Under the pieces are notes generated by a model, which was given only the letters and a program-made list of their open reading frames with translations, made no database searches and was not told the DNA's origin. Below are positions 30,576 through 40,769 of a stretch of 64,000 bases of DNA, in pieces (within the stretch, counting starts at the first letter, position 1; each line of letters opens with the position of its first letter). Location: the NCBI GenBank assembly GCA_963804955.1, contig CAWDSQ010000007.1, positions 64,001 to 128,000 of the forward strand. Reading direction: 5' to 3'. The stretch comes from an uncultured delta proteobacterium. Its GTDB lineage: Bacteria; Desulfobacterota; WTBG01; CAIYCZ01; CAIRTM01. Position numbers and translations under genes: made by a program.

Positions 30576-31967
30576 TTACGCCAGCACCAGCATCGGATCT
30601 TCATGCAGCTCTTTGATGGTCTGCAGGAAGCGGCCCGCGTCAGCGCCGTCGATGGTGCGGTGGTCATAGCTTATCGACAGGTTCATCATCGGCCGGATCA
30701 CGATCTGCTTGTTGACGACCACGGGCTTGTCGATGATCGCGCCCACGCCCAGAATGCAGTTTTCAGGCTGATTGATGATGGCGGTGAACAGCTCGGTGCC
30801 GAACATGCCCATGGCCGAAACCGTGAACGTGCCGCCGGTCATTTCCGCGGGGCCCATCTTGCCGTTGCGGCCCTTGTCGATCAGGGCCGTGCGGTCCTTG
30901 GCGATTTCGGTAATGGTTTTCTTGTTCGCGTTTTTAATGACCGGCACGATCAGGCCGTCCTTGATGGACATGGCCATGCCGACATTGATGTCCTTCAAAA
31001 ACAGGATGCCGTCATTGGTCCAGCGGGTGTTGATGACCGGATGCCGCTCGAGTGCCATTGCCGTGAGCTTGATCACGAAGTCGGTGATGGTCACGCGCAC
31101 GCCGTGCTTCTTTTCGACCGACTTCAGGATCTTCTCGCGGAATTCCTGAATCGCGGTTGCATCCACGCCGTTGGTCATATAGGCCATTGCCGCCTGGTTG
31201 CAGCTCTCGAGCATCTTGCGGGAGATGACCTTGCGCATGCTGGTCAGTTTCACGAGTTTATCGCCTTCGGACACTTTTTCTCCTCCTGTCTTTTGTTCTG
31301 CAGGTGCGGCTGCGGCAGGTGCTGCCTTTGCCTTGGCAAGATAGGCTTCGATATCCTCCTTGGTGATCTTGCCTGCGGGGCCGGTGCCAATAACCTGCTT
31401 GAGATCGATATTATTTTCTTTTGCCATCTTGTCGGCAACGGGGGTGATGCGAAACTTGTTTGCCGCCTGGTAGGCCAGCACATCGTTCTTTACCACGCGG
31501 CCCTCGGGGCCAGTGCCGCCGATTGCGGCGATTTCGATGCCGGCATCAGAGGCCAGCTTGCGGGCAAGAGGCGATGCTTTCACTCGCTCGCCGGCTGCAC
31601 GTGCGGGAGCCGGAGCGGCTGCTGCCGGTGCAGCGGTGCCGCGGGTGCTGCGGCTGCAGGAGCCGCCGCCGCTGCTGCCGGTGCTGCGGCTGCTCCCCCC
31701 GCCGCCGGCACATGCTGCGTCATAATCGGCCTTGTCAGCCCCGATAATGGCGATCAGTTCAGCCACAGGCACTTCGCCGTCCTGCGGCACTACTATATGC
31801 AAAAGGCCGCTTGCAGGGGACTCAACCTCATAGGTGATCTTCTCGGTCTCAACGACCAGCAGAATTTCACCCTGGTTGACCTGCTCGCCTTCGGCTTTTT
31901 TCCACTCAGCAATCTTACCGGTTTCCATGGTAAGGCCGAGCTTGGGCATGGTTAAATTTGTTGCCAT
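30576..31967 (-). CDS. Dihydrolipoamide acyltransferase (E2): lipoyl domain, two subunit-binding domains, catalytic domain
   Basis: ETEKIT; ASPLARKLA..GTGPEGRV and ITPVADKMA..GTGPAGKIT; SYDHRTIDG. Confidence 0.95.
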   Translation of the reverse strand: MATNLTMPKLGLTMETGKIAEWKKAEGEQVNQGEILLVVETEKITYEVESPASGLLHIVVPQDGEVPVAELIAIIGADKADYDAACAGGGGSSRSTGSSGGGSCSRSTRGTAAPAAAAPAPARAAGERVKASPLARKLASDAGIEIAAIGGTGPEGRVVKNDVLAYQAANKFRITPVADKMAKENNIDLKQVIGTGPAGKITKEDIEAYLAKAKAAPAAAAPAEQKTGGEKVSEGDKLVKLTSMRKVISRKMLESCNQAAMAYMTNGVDATAIQEFREKILKSVEKKHGVRVTITDFVIKLTAMALERHPVINTRWTNDGILFLKDINVGMAMSIKDGLIVPVIKNANKKTITEIAKDRTALIDKGRNGKMGPAEMTGGTFTVSAMGMFGTELFTAIINQPENCILGVGAIIDKPVVVNKQIVIRPMMNLSISYDHRTIDGADAGRFLQTIKELHEDPMLVLA

Positions 31968-32011
31968 GTTAATTGACTCCTTTCCTTATTTAGTCACATC
32001 ACGCCAGCTAC

Positions 32012-32995
32012 TCAGCCGATCATCTTCTTTACCTGCGCGACCAGTTTGTCGGCATCGGGCAGGTAGTGCTTCTCAAGCTTGGGCTGAAAAGCGACATGCG
32101 TGAAGGGAGCCGCAACGCGGGCAACAGGTGCATCAAGCCAGTCAAACAGATTCTCCTGCAGGTCAGCGGCAATTTCTGCGCCCACGCCCATGATCTTTTT
32201 GGCCTCGTGAATGACCACACAGCGGTTGGTCTTCTTTACCGATGCATAAATCGTATCCATATCGATGGGGTTCACGCACAGAAGGTCGATGACTTCCGCT
32301 TCGATGCCGTCTGCCTTCAGCTTGTCTGCCGCCTTGGTGGCTTCAAGCAGCATGCGGCCGATGCTCACGATGGTGACGTCCTTGCCCTCGCGGGTGATCA
32401 TGGCCTTGCCGATGGGGCAGATATAATCGTCAACAGGGATTTCCATTTTGAGCTTGTAGGATGACAGGGGCTCGACATAGAGGACGGGGTTGTCATCGCG
32501 AATGGCGGCCTTCATAAGGCCCTTTGCCGTATAGGAATTGCTGGGCATGACGACTCTCATGCCGGGCATGCTTGCAAACCATGCTTCAAGGGATGATGAG
32601 TGATGCGGCCCTGCGCCGAAGCCGCCTGCGGTCATCGCGCGCACGACCATGGGAACCTTCACCTGGCCGCCGAACATCCAGCGCATCTTGGATGCCTGGT
32701 TGTAGAACTCTTCAACCGCCAAGGTGATGAAGTTCATAAACATGATTTCAGCAACCGGCCGAAGCCCCGATGCTGCAGCGCCGACGCACAGGCCGACGAT
32801 CGCGCCTTCGCTGATGGGGGTGTCGACGCAGCGGCCTGCGCCGAACTGGTCGATAAGGCCGCGGGTGACGCCGAAGGGTCCGCCGGGCTTGCCGACGTCT
32901 TCACCGACGATGAAGACGCTGGGGTCTCTTTCCATTTCCTCTTTGATTGCTTCGTTAATTGCCCACTGAACATTCAGGGATTTTGTACCAGCCAT
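32012..32995 (-). CDS. ThDP-dependent dehydrogenase E1 beta subunit (acetoin/2-oxoacid dehydrogenase type)
   Basis: [50 protein letters not shown]. Confidence 0.95.
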   Translation of the reverse strand: MAGTKSLNVQWAINEAIKEEMERDPSVFIVGEDVGKPGGPFGVTRGLIDQFGAGRCVDTPISEGAIVGLCVGAAASGLRPVAEIMFMNFITLAVEEFYNQASKMRWMFGGQVKVPMVVRAMTAGGFGAGPHHSSSLEAWFASMPGMRVVMPSNSYTAKGLMKAAIRDDNPVLYVEPLSSYKLKMEIPVDDYICPIGKAMITREGKDVTIVSIGRMLLEATKAADKLKADGIEAEVIDLLCVNPIDMDTIYASVKKTNRCVVIHEAKKIMGVGAEIAADLQENLFDWLDAPVARVAAPFTHVAFQPKLEKHYLPDADKLVAQVKKMIG

Positions 32996-33043
32996 GTATC
33001 TATCCTCCACTTAAGAAATTTTTAACTCATTAAAGCCTGCAAA

Positions 33044-34003
33044 TCAGGCAAGAATATCGACATACAGCTCTTCGATATCGGGCTGCGGGCTCTTGCGGGC
33101 GAAATCAACAGACTCATCAACCTCTTTTTTGATTTCGTCGCGAATCTTCTGAATGCCCTTCTCGTCAACCACGCCCTCTTTGGCAAGCTTCTTCTCATAG
33201 AGCATGATCGGATCCTTCTTCTTCCATTCCTCAAGCTCGCCTGCCGGGCGATAGTTGCAGGGATCGCCTTCGAAGTGGCCGTGATGGCGGTAGGTCTTGA
33301 ACTCAAGCATATAGGGGCCCTTGCCTTCGCGGGCATGCTTGACAGCCTTGGCCATTGCTTCATACACGGCCTCGACATCATTGCCGTCTGCAATAAGGGA
33401 GGGCATGCCGTAGCCGGCTGCGCGGTCAGATACGTTTTCGATTGCCACGTGATCGCTTTTAGGCGTCATCTGGGCATACAGGTTGATGCTGCACACGAAA
33501 ATGAGGGGCAGCTTCAGGATGGCGGCCATGTTCATGGACTCATGAAACGAGCCCGTGCCGGTTGCGCCTTCGCCGAAATACACGGCGGTGCAATTGTCTG
33601 TCTTGTTGTACTTCTGGGCAAATGCGGTCCCGAGAGCGATGCGCATGCCCTCGCCCACGATGCCGTTTGAGCCCATGCAGCCGGTCTTCACATCGGCAAA
33701 GTGCATGGATCCTGCGCGGCCCTTGCAGCAGCCGGCGATGCGGCCGAACAGCTCGGCCATCATGGGCTTCAGGTCAGCGCCCTTGGCGATGATGCAGCCG
33801 TGTCCGCGGTGCGTGGTATAAATGGCGTCTTCAAGGCGCAGATTTGCGCAGGTGCCCACCGCCACGGCATCTTCTCCCTGCGACAGATGCAGGAAGCCCG
33901 GCATCTCACCGCCGGAGAATATCTTGGTGGTGTCATCCTCAAAGGTCCTGACCCGGATCATGCGTTTCAGCAGATCAATTTTTGTGTCCTTGCTAATTTT
34001 CAT
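33044..34003 (-). CDS. ThDP-dependent dehydrogenase E1 alpha subunit
   Basis: GFLHLSQGED, THRGHG, GRAGSMH, NGIVG, TYRHHGHFEGD. Confidence 0.95.
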   Translation of the reverse strand: MKISKDTKIDLLKRMIRVRTFEDDTTKIFSGGEMPGFLHLSQGEDAVAVGTCANLRLEDAIYTTHRGHGCIIAKGADLKPMMAELFGRIAGCCKGRAGSMHFADVKTGCMGSNGIVGEGMRIALGTAFAQKYNKTDNCTAVYFGEGATGTGSFHESMNMAAILKLPLIFVCSINLYAQMTPKSDHVAIENVSDRAAGYGMPSLIADGNDVEAVYEAMAKAVKHAREGKGPYMLEFKTYRHHGHFEGDPCNYRPAGELEEWKKKDPIMLYEKKLAKEGVVDEKGIQKIRDEIKKEVDESVDFARKSPQPDIEELYVDILA

Positions 34004-34209
34004 TGAACATCCTCCGAATACGTTTTAGTTTTAAACAAACAACTGCCCTGTGTACGTATGTGAAAACCGGAACATGCCGCTCCGGTTTTGCGTGCAATTT
34101 ACAAAATACGTGAAAGGCTGCGCGCCGATCGCTTAACGCTGATTCAATCTGATTCAAGGATGTATCGCGGCCTTCACTGAAAGCCGCGATACATGAACTG
34201 CCTGTCTTG

Positions 34210-34641
34210 TTACGGACAGATGATTTCGGCTGTGCCCATGACACAGTCGCCGCCGTCTTTATTTTGAATCTTCATGTCGCAGACAAGAATGTTCTTGCCG
34301 CCATCGGTCTTTTTCTCCTTCACCACGAGATTGCTCAGGATGGTGAAGCCCGGCTTTACCGGAGCGCGGAACTGCAGGTCGACTCTGGTGCCTGCGGCAG
34401 GCCACTGCAGGCCCTGAATATCGCAGATGGCCTGCAGCACGGGCTCGACATTAATGGTGCCGTGGGCGATGGTTGAGCCGCCGAACATGGTATTTGATTT
34501 CATGCCTTCCACGTCAACGTGGAGGGGGTTATAGTCGCCGCAGATGTCGGCATAGTCGTTAATCAGCTGCTGGGAAACGGCAATGCTCTTTGAAGGGAGC
34601 GCGTCTCCGACGTTTACGCTGGCGAAATTTATTTTGCTCAT
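34210..34641 (-). CDS. MaoC-family (R)-specific hydratase/dehydratase
   Basis: YADICGDYNPLHVD..IAHG hydratase-2 motif; FRAPVKPG. Confidence 0.9.
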   Translation of the reverse strand: MSKINFASVNVGDALPSKSIAVSQQLINDYADICGDYNPLHVDVEGMKSNTMFGGSTIAHGTINVEPVLQAICDIQGLQWPAAGTRVDLQFRAPVKPGFTILSNLVVKEKKTDGGKNILVCDMKIQNKDGGDCVMGTAEIICP

Positions 34642-34671
34642 GGTGTCCTCCATGTATCTGAAAAAAGGTTT

Positions 34672-35148
34672 TTATTGCATCGTCTTGGGCAGCAGGAAGC
34701 TCATCTGAATATCGACAATCTTGTCGCCTGCCTGGTTGGTGGCGTTCATGTCAACAGAGAGAAACTTGCTGATGCGCACCTGGCCGTCTTTTTCCTTTTT
34801 TACTTCCTTTTTGTCAGCAATGGAGAGCTTGGTGGTGATGGTGTCGCCGATTTTAGCGGGCTTATGGAACAGAATCTTGTCGCCCGCGCGCACAGCGCCG
34901 TCAAGAAAAACCTTGCGGTCCCAGCAGATGCGCAGGCCGAAAATATAAATCATGCCGACCGGAACGGTCACATCACCCTTGTTGCTGTCGCCCATGAGAG
35001 CCGCGAACTTGGCGACTTCATCGGCCGTGATTTTATAGGTTCCGCCGCCGCAGTCAAAGCCCGCTTCCATTTCGGCGAACTTCAAATCGGGCAGCATCTT
35101 TGCGGGACCAAATCCGCTCACTAAGCTTGTATTGAACTTATGTTCCAT
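34672..35148 (-). CDS. MaoC-like hot-dog fold protein (probable non-catalytic partner)
   Basis: ITADEVAKFAALMGDSN and FHKPAKIGDTIT; lacks the D-x4-H histidine. Confidence 0.75.
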   Translation of the reverse strand: MEHKFNTSLVSGFGPAKMLPDLKFAEMEAGFDCGGGTYKITADEVAKFAALMGDSNKGDVTVPVGMIYIFGLRICWDRKVFLDGAVRAGDKILFHKPAKIGDTITTKLSIADKKEVKKEKDGQVRISKFLSVDMNATNQAGDKIVDIQMSFLLPKTMQ

Positions 35149-35285
35149 GGAATGCCTCCCTCATACTCAACAATTTATAGTAGTTAGACCATCCGCCTTT
35201 TAGTGTGCTAGCAGCATCTGTGCGGGATCTGGCGGGGAAAACTGCATGCCGTCGGCAGCATAAAAGGCTGTGCGGGATCAAGCAA

Positions 35286-35320
35286 AAACCGGTCTCCCGC
35301 AAAAAGCGGGAGACCGGTTT
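35286..35320 (-). terminator. Intra-operon hairpin/terminator after the acyl-CoA dehydrogenase
   Basis: AAACCGGTCTCCCGC-aaaaa-GCGGGAGACCGGTTT; followed by a T run on the minus strand. Confidence 0.65.
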
Positions 35321-35326
35321 GCGACA

Positions 35327-36571
35327 TTAATAGGACTTGTTCTGTCCCAGCATGACCTGACCGATATAGTTTCTCGACATCTCGTTGGTGATCGGCGCGA
35401 ACACCAGCTGGCGGATATCTCTGTAGTAGCGCTGAATATGATATTCCATGGTGAAGCCGTAGCCGGCAAGAATTCTCATGGCGCGGTCGGTGCAGCGGAA
35501 TGCCGCATCGGAGGTGTACATCTTGGCCATGCTGGCGATAACGCCGAGAGCCGGATCCTTAGGAGCGTTTGCCTGCATCCAGGCCGCCTTGTAGGTGATA
35601 AGGCGCGACAGCTCGATTTCGGTTGCCATGTCGGCAAGCTGATGCTGAATTGCCTGATACTGGCCGATGGGCTTGCCGAAAGCCTCGCGCTCGCGGGCAT
35701 ACTGGTTGGCCTCTTCAAGGCAGCCCTGCGCAAGACCTACGCAGATGGCGGCGCACACGATGCGCTCATTGTTCAGCGTTGCAAGCAGGTTGTACCAGCC
35801 TGCGCCCCGCTCCCCGAGCATCGTGGCCTTGGGGATCTTGACGTCTTCAAAGGATACTTCGAAGGATGCCAGAATGTGGCTGCCGAGCTTCTTGATCTTG
35901 TTGTAGGTCATGCCCGGCATGAAATGCTGCTTCAGCAGGGGGCCGTCGGTATCGTGCTTGCCGATATTATCGCGGTCAAGCAGGAAAATCGTGAGGCCTT
36001 TAGCCGGCTTGCCGGGGACATCGTCGGTGCGGGCGATGAACACGTCGGTATTGGCTACATGCAGGCCCGTGGTGAAAATCTTGGAGCCGTTGGCGACGAA
36101 GTTACCGTCGGGCTGCTCCACGGCGCGGGACTTCAAAGCGCCAAGGATGTCCGTGCCGCCGCCCGGTTCGGTCAGCGACAGGGCGAAATTCCAGTCGCCT
36201 GCGATCAGCTTCGGCAGGTAAAACTCCTTCTGAGCCTGCGTGCCGTAGTGCAGGATCGACATGCCGCCGAAGCACACGCCCGTCAGATAGGCAAGGCCCA
36301 TGGCGGAAAAACTGTTTGAAATCTCTTCGGTGATCAGGGTTTCGTCGATGATGTTGCCGCCGGTTCCGCCGAATTCCTCGGGGAAACAGGCGCCCAGGAT
36401 ACCTTCATCGCCCAGCTTTTTCCATACATCAACCGGGAAATGATTCTCCTCATCCCATTCGCCAATCTTGTCCTTGGGGCATTCTTTCTCTTTGAACTTC
36501 TTCAGCATGTCGAGCATCATTTTACGCTCTTCGCTGAGCCCAAATTCTGTCGGGATCATTAAATCTGCCAT
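35327..36571 (-). CDS. Acyl-CoA dehydrogenase
   Basis: LSLTEPGGGTD, NGSKIFTT, LNNERI, REAFGKPIGQYQAIQHQLADM, GYGFTMEY..RYYRD. Confidence 0.95.
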   Translation of the reverse strand: MADLMIPTEFGLSEERKMMLDMLKKFKEKECPKDKIGEWDEENHFPVDVWKKLGDEGILGACFPEEFGGTGGNIIDETLITEEISNSFSAMGLAYLTGVCFGGMSILHYGTQAQKEFYLPKLIAGDWNFALSLTEPGGGTDILGALKSRAVEQPDGNFVANGSKIFTTGLHVANTDVFIARTDDVPGKPAKGLTIFLLDRDNIGKHDTDGPLLKQHFMPGMTYNKIKKLGSHILASFEVSFEDVKIPKATMLGERGAGWYNLLATLNNERIVCAAICVGLAQGCLEEANQYAREREAFGKPIGQYQAIQHQLADMATEIELSRLITYKAAWMQANAPKDPALGVIASMAKMYTSDAAFRCTDRAMRILAGYGFTMEYHIQRYYRDIRQLVFAPITNEMSRNYIGQVMLGQNKSY

Positions 36572-36636
36572 AGGATCTCCTTTCATACACTGTTACAAGT
36601 TGGTTAAAGAATTTATACCCAGCTCAGTATAGAACT

Positions 36637-36653
36637 GGCACAAGCCATGCCAA
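36637..36653 (-). promoter_or_regulatory. Sigma-54 (-24/-12) promoter
   Basis: Minus strand TTGGCATGGCTTGTGC (GG-N10-GC). Upstream are an AT-rich IHF-like TTTCAATGAGTTA (~36690) and the palindrome TGACA-GAT-TGTCA (~36785-36797). Confidence 0.6.
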
Positions 36654-36970
36654 AACAATAAATAAAAAAACAATATATTAAAAAGCAATTTCAATGAGTT
36701 AGAAAACCCTTTTTACCGTCTCTGCAAGCAGTTTCATACGCACTGCCAAATCTGACAAAAACCAAAACTTAAAAGACCGGATACTGACAGATTGTCAAAC
36801 CAAAAAATAATTTTTACCAAATATTACCACGATATAAAGTTTGATTTATATCGCCCATACTATGCTTTGTCAAGGAATTTAACCAAAGGGGAAGACAGAG
36901 GAACTTTTTGGGTGCAAAAACAAAAAAACAAGTAAAAACAGATAATTACACAGCAAGCCACGCACACTGG

Positions 36971-37294
36971 CTAGCCTTTATCGACCATTCCACGGAGCCA
37001 GTCCAAATAGTTGGCAGAGCCCTCGGCAATGGGCACGAAAACAAGCTGCGGAACCTTATAGCTGTGCAACCGCTGTACGGCTTCCACAAGCAGGGGGAAA
37101 ACATCTCTTGTTGTTTTTGCCATGAAGAATATCTCATCTTCGCGGCAGACTTTATCTTCCCACCAGTAAATTGATTGAATGGGGGCAATGATCTGGGCGC
37201 AGGCAGCCAGTCGTTCTTCAACAAGAAAGTTTGCGATCTTCTCAGCCTCTTGCCTCGAGGCGGCCGTCATAAGAACAACGCCGCAGTCGGTCAT
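36971..37294 (-). CDS. cutA: Divalent-cation tolerance protein CutA
   Basis: LVEERLAACAQI..SIYWWE..KTT..HSYKVP..YLDW. Confidence 0.92.
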   Translation of the reverse strand: MTDCGVVLMTAASRQEAEKIANFLVEERLAACAQIIAPIQSIYWWEDKVCREDEIFFMAKTTRDVFPLLVEAVQRLHSYKVPQLVFVPIAEGSANYLDWLRGMVDKG

Positions 37295-37307
37295 GCACGT
37301 GCGCTTT

Positions 37308-38027
37308 CTACTTGGACGTGATAAAGGCTGAAATGCCTTCCTTTTTCTCAAGCTCTGCTGCCATTTTCTGAGCATCTTCCAGGCTTCTGTATTTGCCGAT
37401 ACGCACCCGGTAGACCACGCCTTTGTCGGGGACCGTAATCTTTACAATATGGGACTCATACCCCTTGGCTGCAAGGGAGCTTGAAAATGCCGTTGCCACC
37501 TCATTATTTTGGAATGATCCGAGTTGCAGCGTATAGGTAAGAGTCTCGGACACCGAACCGTCCGGGGCAGACTGCTGCGCTGCGGCAGTCACCGCAGCTT
37601 TTATTTCAGCTACGCGCTGGGCGGCAGAAGGCGCAGTGGCTGGCCGTACCATGCCGACGGTCTTATTGTCGGCCGGCGCCCCCGGCTGTTTTGCACCGCC
37701 AGCGGATACGGCGGCCGGGGATAGAGCTGCTCCCGGCTTTTTTTCAGCTTCAGACTGAGGCATTACATCCGGCTTTTTATTCAAGAGCGTTTCAAAAAAG
37801 CTCATGTACAGAGAAGATGATGTATCATTCTGCCGGCTGCCGGCAAGCGGCATGCCGTGATCGGCATAGGGCTGCAGCTTCGGATCTGCAGGCGGAGCTG
37901 TTTTTTTAGATGCAAACACATCAACAAGATACCCTGCGGCAAAAAAAAGCCCGATGGTTATGGCAACCCCGATGGCGATTTTTATGGCCTGTGTTATACA
38001 GCTAAAAATAAAACGGACTATTCCCAT
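37308..38027 (-). CDS. SPOR-domain cell-division protein
   Basis: N-terminal TM, Ala/Pro linker, YTLQLGSF..YRVRIGKY; lies downstream of argS. Confidence 0.88.
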   Translation of the reverse strand: MGIVRFIFSCITQAIKIAIGVAITIGLFFAAGYLVDVFASKKTAPPADPKLQPYADHGMPLAGSRQNDTSSSLYMSFFETLLNKKPDVMPQSEAEKKPGAALSPAAVSAGGAKQPGAPADNKTVGMVRPATAPSAAQRVAEIKAAVTAAAQQSAPDGSVSETLTYTLQLGSFQNNEVATAFSSSLAAKGYESHIVKITVPDKGVVYRVRIGKYRSLEDAQKMAAELEKKEGISAFITSK

Positions 38028-38062
38028 GTTACCCGATTGCGAACAATAAACTTTTTTGTCGT

Positions 38063-38189
38063 TTCTGACTTCCGACTTCCGGCTACTGACTCCTGACTTC
38101 TGGATTCCGTCTTCCGTCTTTCCTACCGCCTACAGTCTAAAAGCCTACAGCCTTTATCTTTATAATTTCTCCGACTTCTGGCTTCCGAC
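38063..38189. repeat. Degenerate heptamer tandem repeats (TTCYGAC type)
   Basis: Eight consecutive 7-mers at 38063-38118, then GCCTACA units, then three more units at 38170-38189. Confidence 0.8.
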
Positions 38190-38192
38190 AAC

Positions 38193-39857
38193 TCACATTT
38201 TCTCCGGCGCTGTCACGCCAAGCAGCGCAAGGCCGTTTTCAAGCACGGTCTTTATTCCGCTCATGAGATTCAAGCGAGCGGAGCTCAGGGCCTGATTATC
38301 GGTAACCACGCGGTGCTTTGCATAGTAGCTGTGGAACTGACCCACAAGCTCCATGAGATAGGCTGAAACCCTGTGCGGCTCGGCCGCAAGCGCGCTGCCG
38401 GCAACAAGCTCAGGGAACTGCGCAAGCTTCTTTATGATCTCGCGCTCCTCGTCCTCAATAAGCAACCCTGCATTGATATCGGCGAATTTTCCAAGCGGCA
38501 CGCCTTTTTCAACTGCTTTTGAAATCATGCTGCAGATGCGGGCATGGGCATACTGGACATAATACACCGGGTTTTCATCGCTCTGCTTTTTGGCCACTTC
38601 AAGGTCGAAGTCAAGCTGTGCATCGGACCTGCGCGTCAGGAACATAAACCGGGCGGCATCGCTGCCCACTTCTTCGATCACTTCCCGCAGGGTGACAAAC
38701 TCGCCGCTTCTGGTCGACATGGCCACCGGCTGGCCGTCACGCAGCAGATTTACCATCTGCACGAGAATTACGCCCAGGGCGTCCTGGGGCAGGCCCATGG
38801 CCTTCAAAATCGCGGCAAGGCGGGGCACATAGCCGTGATGATCAGCGCCCCAGATATCGATCACCCGCTGAAACCCGCGCTGAAATTTATTTTTATGATA
38901 GGCGATGTCTGAAGCAAAATAGGTGGTGCGGCCGTCGGCCCGCACCATAACTCGGTCCTTTTCATCGCCGAAGTCCGTGGCCTTGAACCACAGCGCGCCT
39001 TCTGATTCATAGGCAAGTCCTTTTGCCTTCATCTGCTCAAGGGTGTTCGGCACATCGCCGGAGTCAAAAAGTGTTTTTTCGGAAAACCAGGAATCGAATG
39101 TGACGCCGAACAGCTCCAGATCATCCTCAATGCCCTGCAAAATGGCCGAGGAGGCAAACTGCGTGCATAGCCCGATGGCTTCATTTTCGGGCATTTGCAA
39201 AACCTTATCGGCCTGCCGCAAAATCAGGTCGCGGGCTATGTCAAACAGGTACTCGCCCTTATACAGCCCCTCTTCGGGGAACTCGACCTCTTTTTTTAAA
39301 AGCTGCTGGTAGCGCAGATACAGCGATAGCCCGAGATTCTGCATCTGATTGCCGATATCATTTATATAATACTCGCGCACCACGTCAAAGCCGGCAAATG
39401 CCATGACACGGGCAAGGGCATCACCCAGAGCCGCGCCCCGGCCGTGGCCGATATGCAGCGGCCCCGTGGGATTGGCGCTGACAAATTCCACCATAACCTT
39501 TTTGCCGCAGCCGACCTCGCAGGAGCCAAAGCGCGGCCCCTTTGCTTCAATCTCACCCAAAACCGAGTGCCAGGCATCCTGCTTAAGATAAAAATTAATA
39601 AAGCCGGGCCCGGCAATTTCAAGCTTCTCAATCACGGGATCGCTGCCCTGAAGTTTTTCAACAAGCAGCTGCGCTATCTGGCGGGGCTGCTTCTTCTCGC
39701 TTTTGGCGAGCATCATGGCAACATTAACGGCCAGATCACCATGCTCGCGGCTCCGTGGCGACTCAACGACAAAATCGGGCAGTTCGCCGGCAAACATGCC
39801 TTCGCTGCGGCATGCCTCAAACACCTGTGCAATGATTGTTCTGATCCGTTCTTTCAT
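38193..39857 (-). CDS. argS: Arginine--tRNA ligase
   Basis: VEFVSANPTGPLHIGHGRGA, EYYIND, WGADHHGY, MSTRSG, NPVYYVQYAHAR. Confidence 0.98.
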   Translation of the reverse strand: MKERIRTIIAQVFEACRSEGMFAGELPDFVVESPRSREHGDLAVNVAMMLAKSEKKQPRQIAQLLVEKLQGSDPVIEKLEIAGPGFINFYLKQDAWHSVLGEIEAKGPRFGSCEVGCGKKVMVEFVSANPTGPLHIGHGRGAALGDALARVMAFAGFDVVREYYINDIGNQMQNLGLSLYLRYQQLLKKEVEFPEEGLYKGEYLFDIARDLILRQADKVLQMPENEAIGLCTQFASSAILQGIEDDLELFGVTFDSWFSEKTLFDSGDVPNTLEQMKAKGLAYESEGALWFKATDFGDEKDRVMVRADGRTTYFASDIAYHKNKFQRGFQRVIDIWGADHHGYVPRLAAILKAMGLPQDALGVILVQMVNLLRDGQPVAMSTRSGEFVTLREVIEEVGSDAARFMFLTRRSDAQLDFDLEVAKKQSDENPVYYVQYAHARICSMISKAVEKGVPLGKFADINAGLLIEDEEREIIKKLAQFPELVAGSALAAEPHRVSAYLMELVGQFHSYYAKHRVVTDNQALSSARLNLMSGIKTVLENGLALLGVTAPEKM

Positions 39858-40156
39858 GATATTCAAAAATATAAAAGCATTAATACTTATTTGAAAAGCC
39901 CAAAATAATCCGTAATGTTTTATCCGCTTCATGCTGTTTAGTCAAGTCAAATGGTTGCGGCGGCCTGCGGCAGGAAAGCAGATGAAGGCCAAACAGACCT
40001 TTATCAGTATGCACCCATGGGCCGTACACTCCTGCCGTCAAGAGCTCGCAATCTTCGTAAGCAAAGAGGATTCAACAAACAATTTTTAGTAACACATCGT
40101 AACAGGCATTGGCTTTTCAAAAAACAATTAAGTATAATACATGCGCGAGGTGAACA

Positions 40157-40660
40157 GTGAGGCACAGTCAGCAAAAAATCGAAGAAATAAAACGCCATAA
40201 AAACAAACCCGAGCAGCGCTTCCTGTGCGACCTTGCCCTGCGCGAGCAGGACCATATCGTTCTGGTCTATCATGCTTCATCTGCAGGCCGCATCGCCGAC
40301 ATCGACATCGCCCCCGGCTCCACAACCATTGCCCACTACTGGCAGGCAGGCGGTTATGTTCTCTGGCGCATGTTTGCAGCCGACCAAACGCTTGTCGGAA
40401 CGCTCTTTCATATCTGCGCTAATACTGATATACAGGAAACTAGCGTCAGCTATGATGATCTGATTTTAGATGTCTGGATTACCACGCAAGGGGTTGCGCG
40501 CGTGCTTGATGAGGATGAATTGGCCGATGCAATCAAGGCAGGGGTGGTCACAAATAACGAGCAGAGTTGTATTGAAAGACAGAGACAGATTATTCTTTCT
40601 GACTACGCTGCCATAATAGATCGAATACGGGATATTGAATCAGCTATTTTAAACCGGTAG
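40157..40660 (+). CDS. DUF402-like protein
   Basis: YDDLILDVWI..VLDEDELADA acidic motif. Confidence 0.72.
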   Translation: MRHSQQKIEEIKRHKNKPEQRFLCDLALREQDHIVLVYHASSAGRIADIDIAPGSTTIAHYWQAGGYVLWRMFAADQTLVGTLFHICANTDIQETSVSYDDLILDVWITTQGVARVLDEDELADAIKAGVVTNNEQSCIERQRQIILSDYAAIIDRIRDIESAILNR

Positions 40661-40728
40661 GGTGGATTTGCCAAGCACGTCCACAGTGTTTTCAAAATTT
40701 CGTGGACACACTTCGTTATTTTACCTAC
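40657..40728. repeat. Degenerate REP doublet
   Basis: GTAGGGTGG..GTCCAC / GTGGAC..CCTAC inverted arrangement. Confidence 0.5.
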
Positions 40729-40769
40729 GACAACCATGAACATTATTTCCCTTAGAAAGGACTGCTGCC

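Noticed and set aside
28769..36319. Long plus-strand ORFs (e.g. 30603-31955, 35270-36319)
   Set aside because: Shadow frames of GC-rich, codon-biased genes; no motifs or SD.
38063..38189. CRISPR array
   Set aside because: Units are contiguous 7-mers without spacers; no cas genes in the window.
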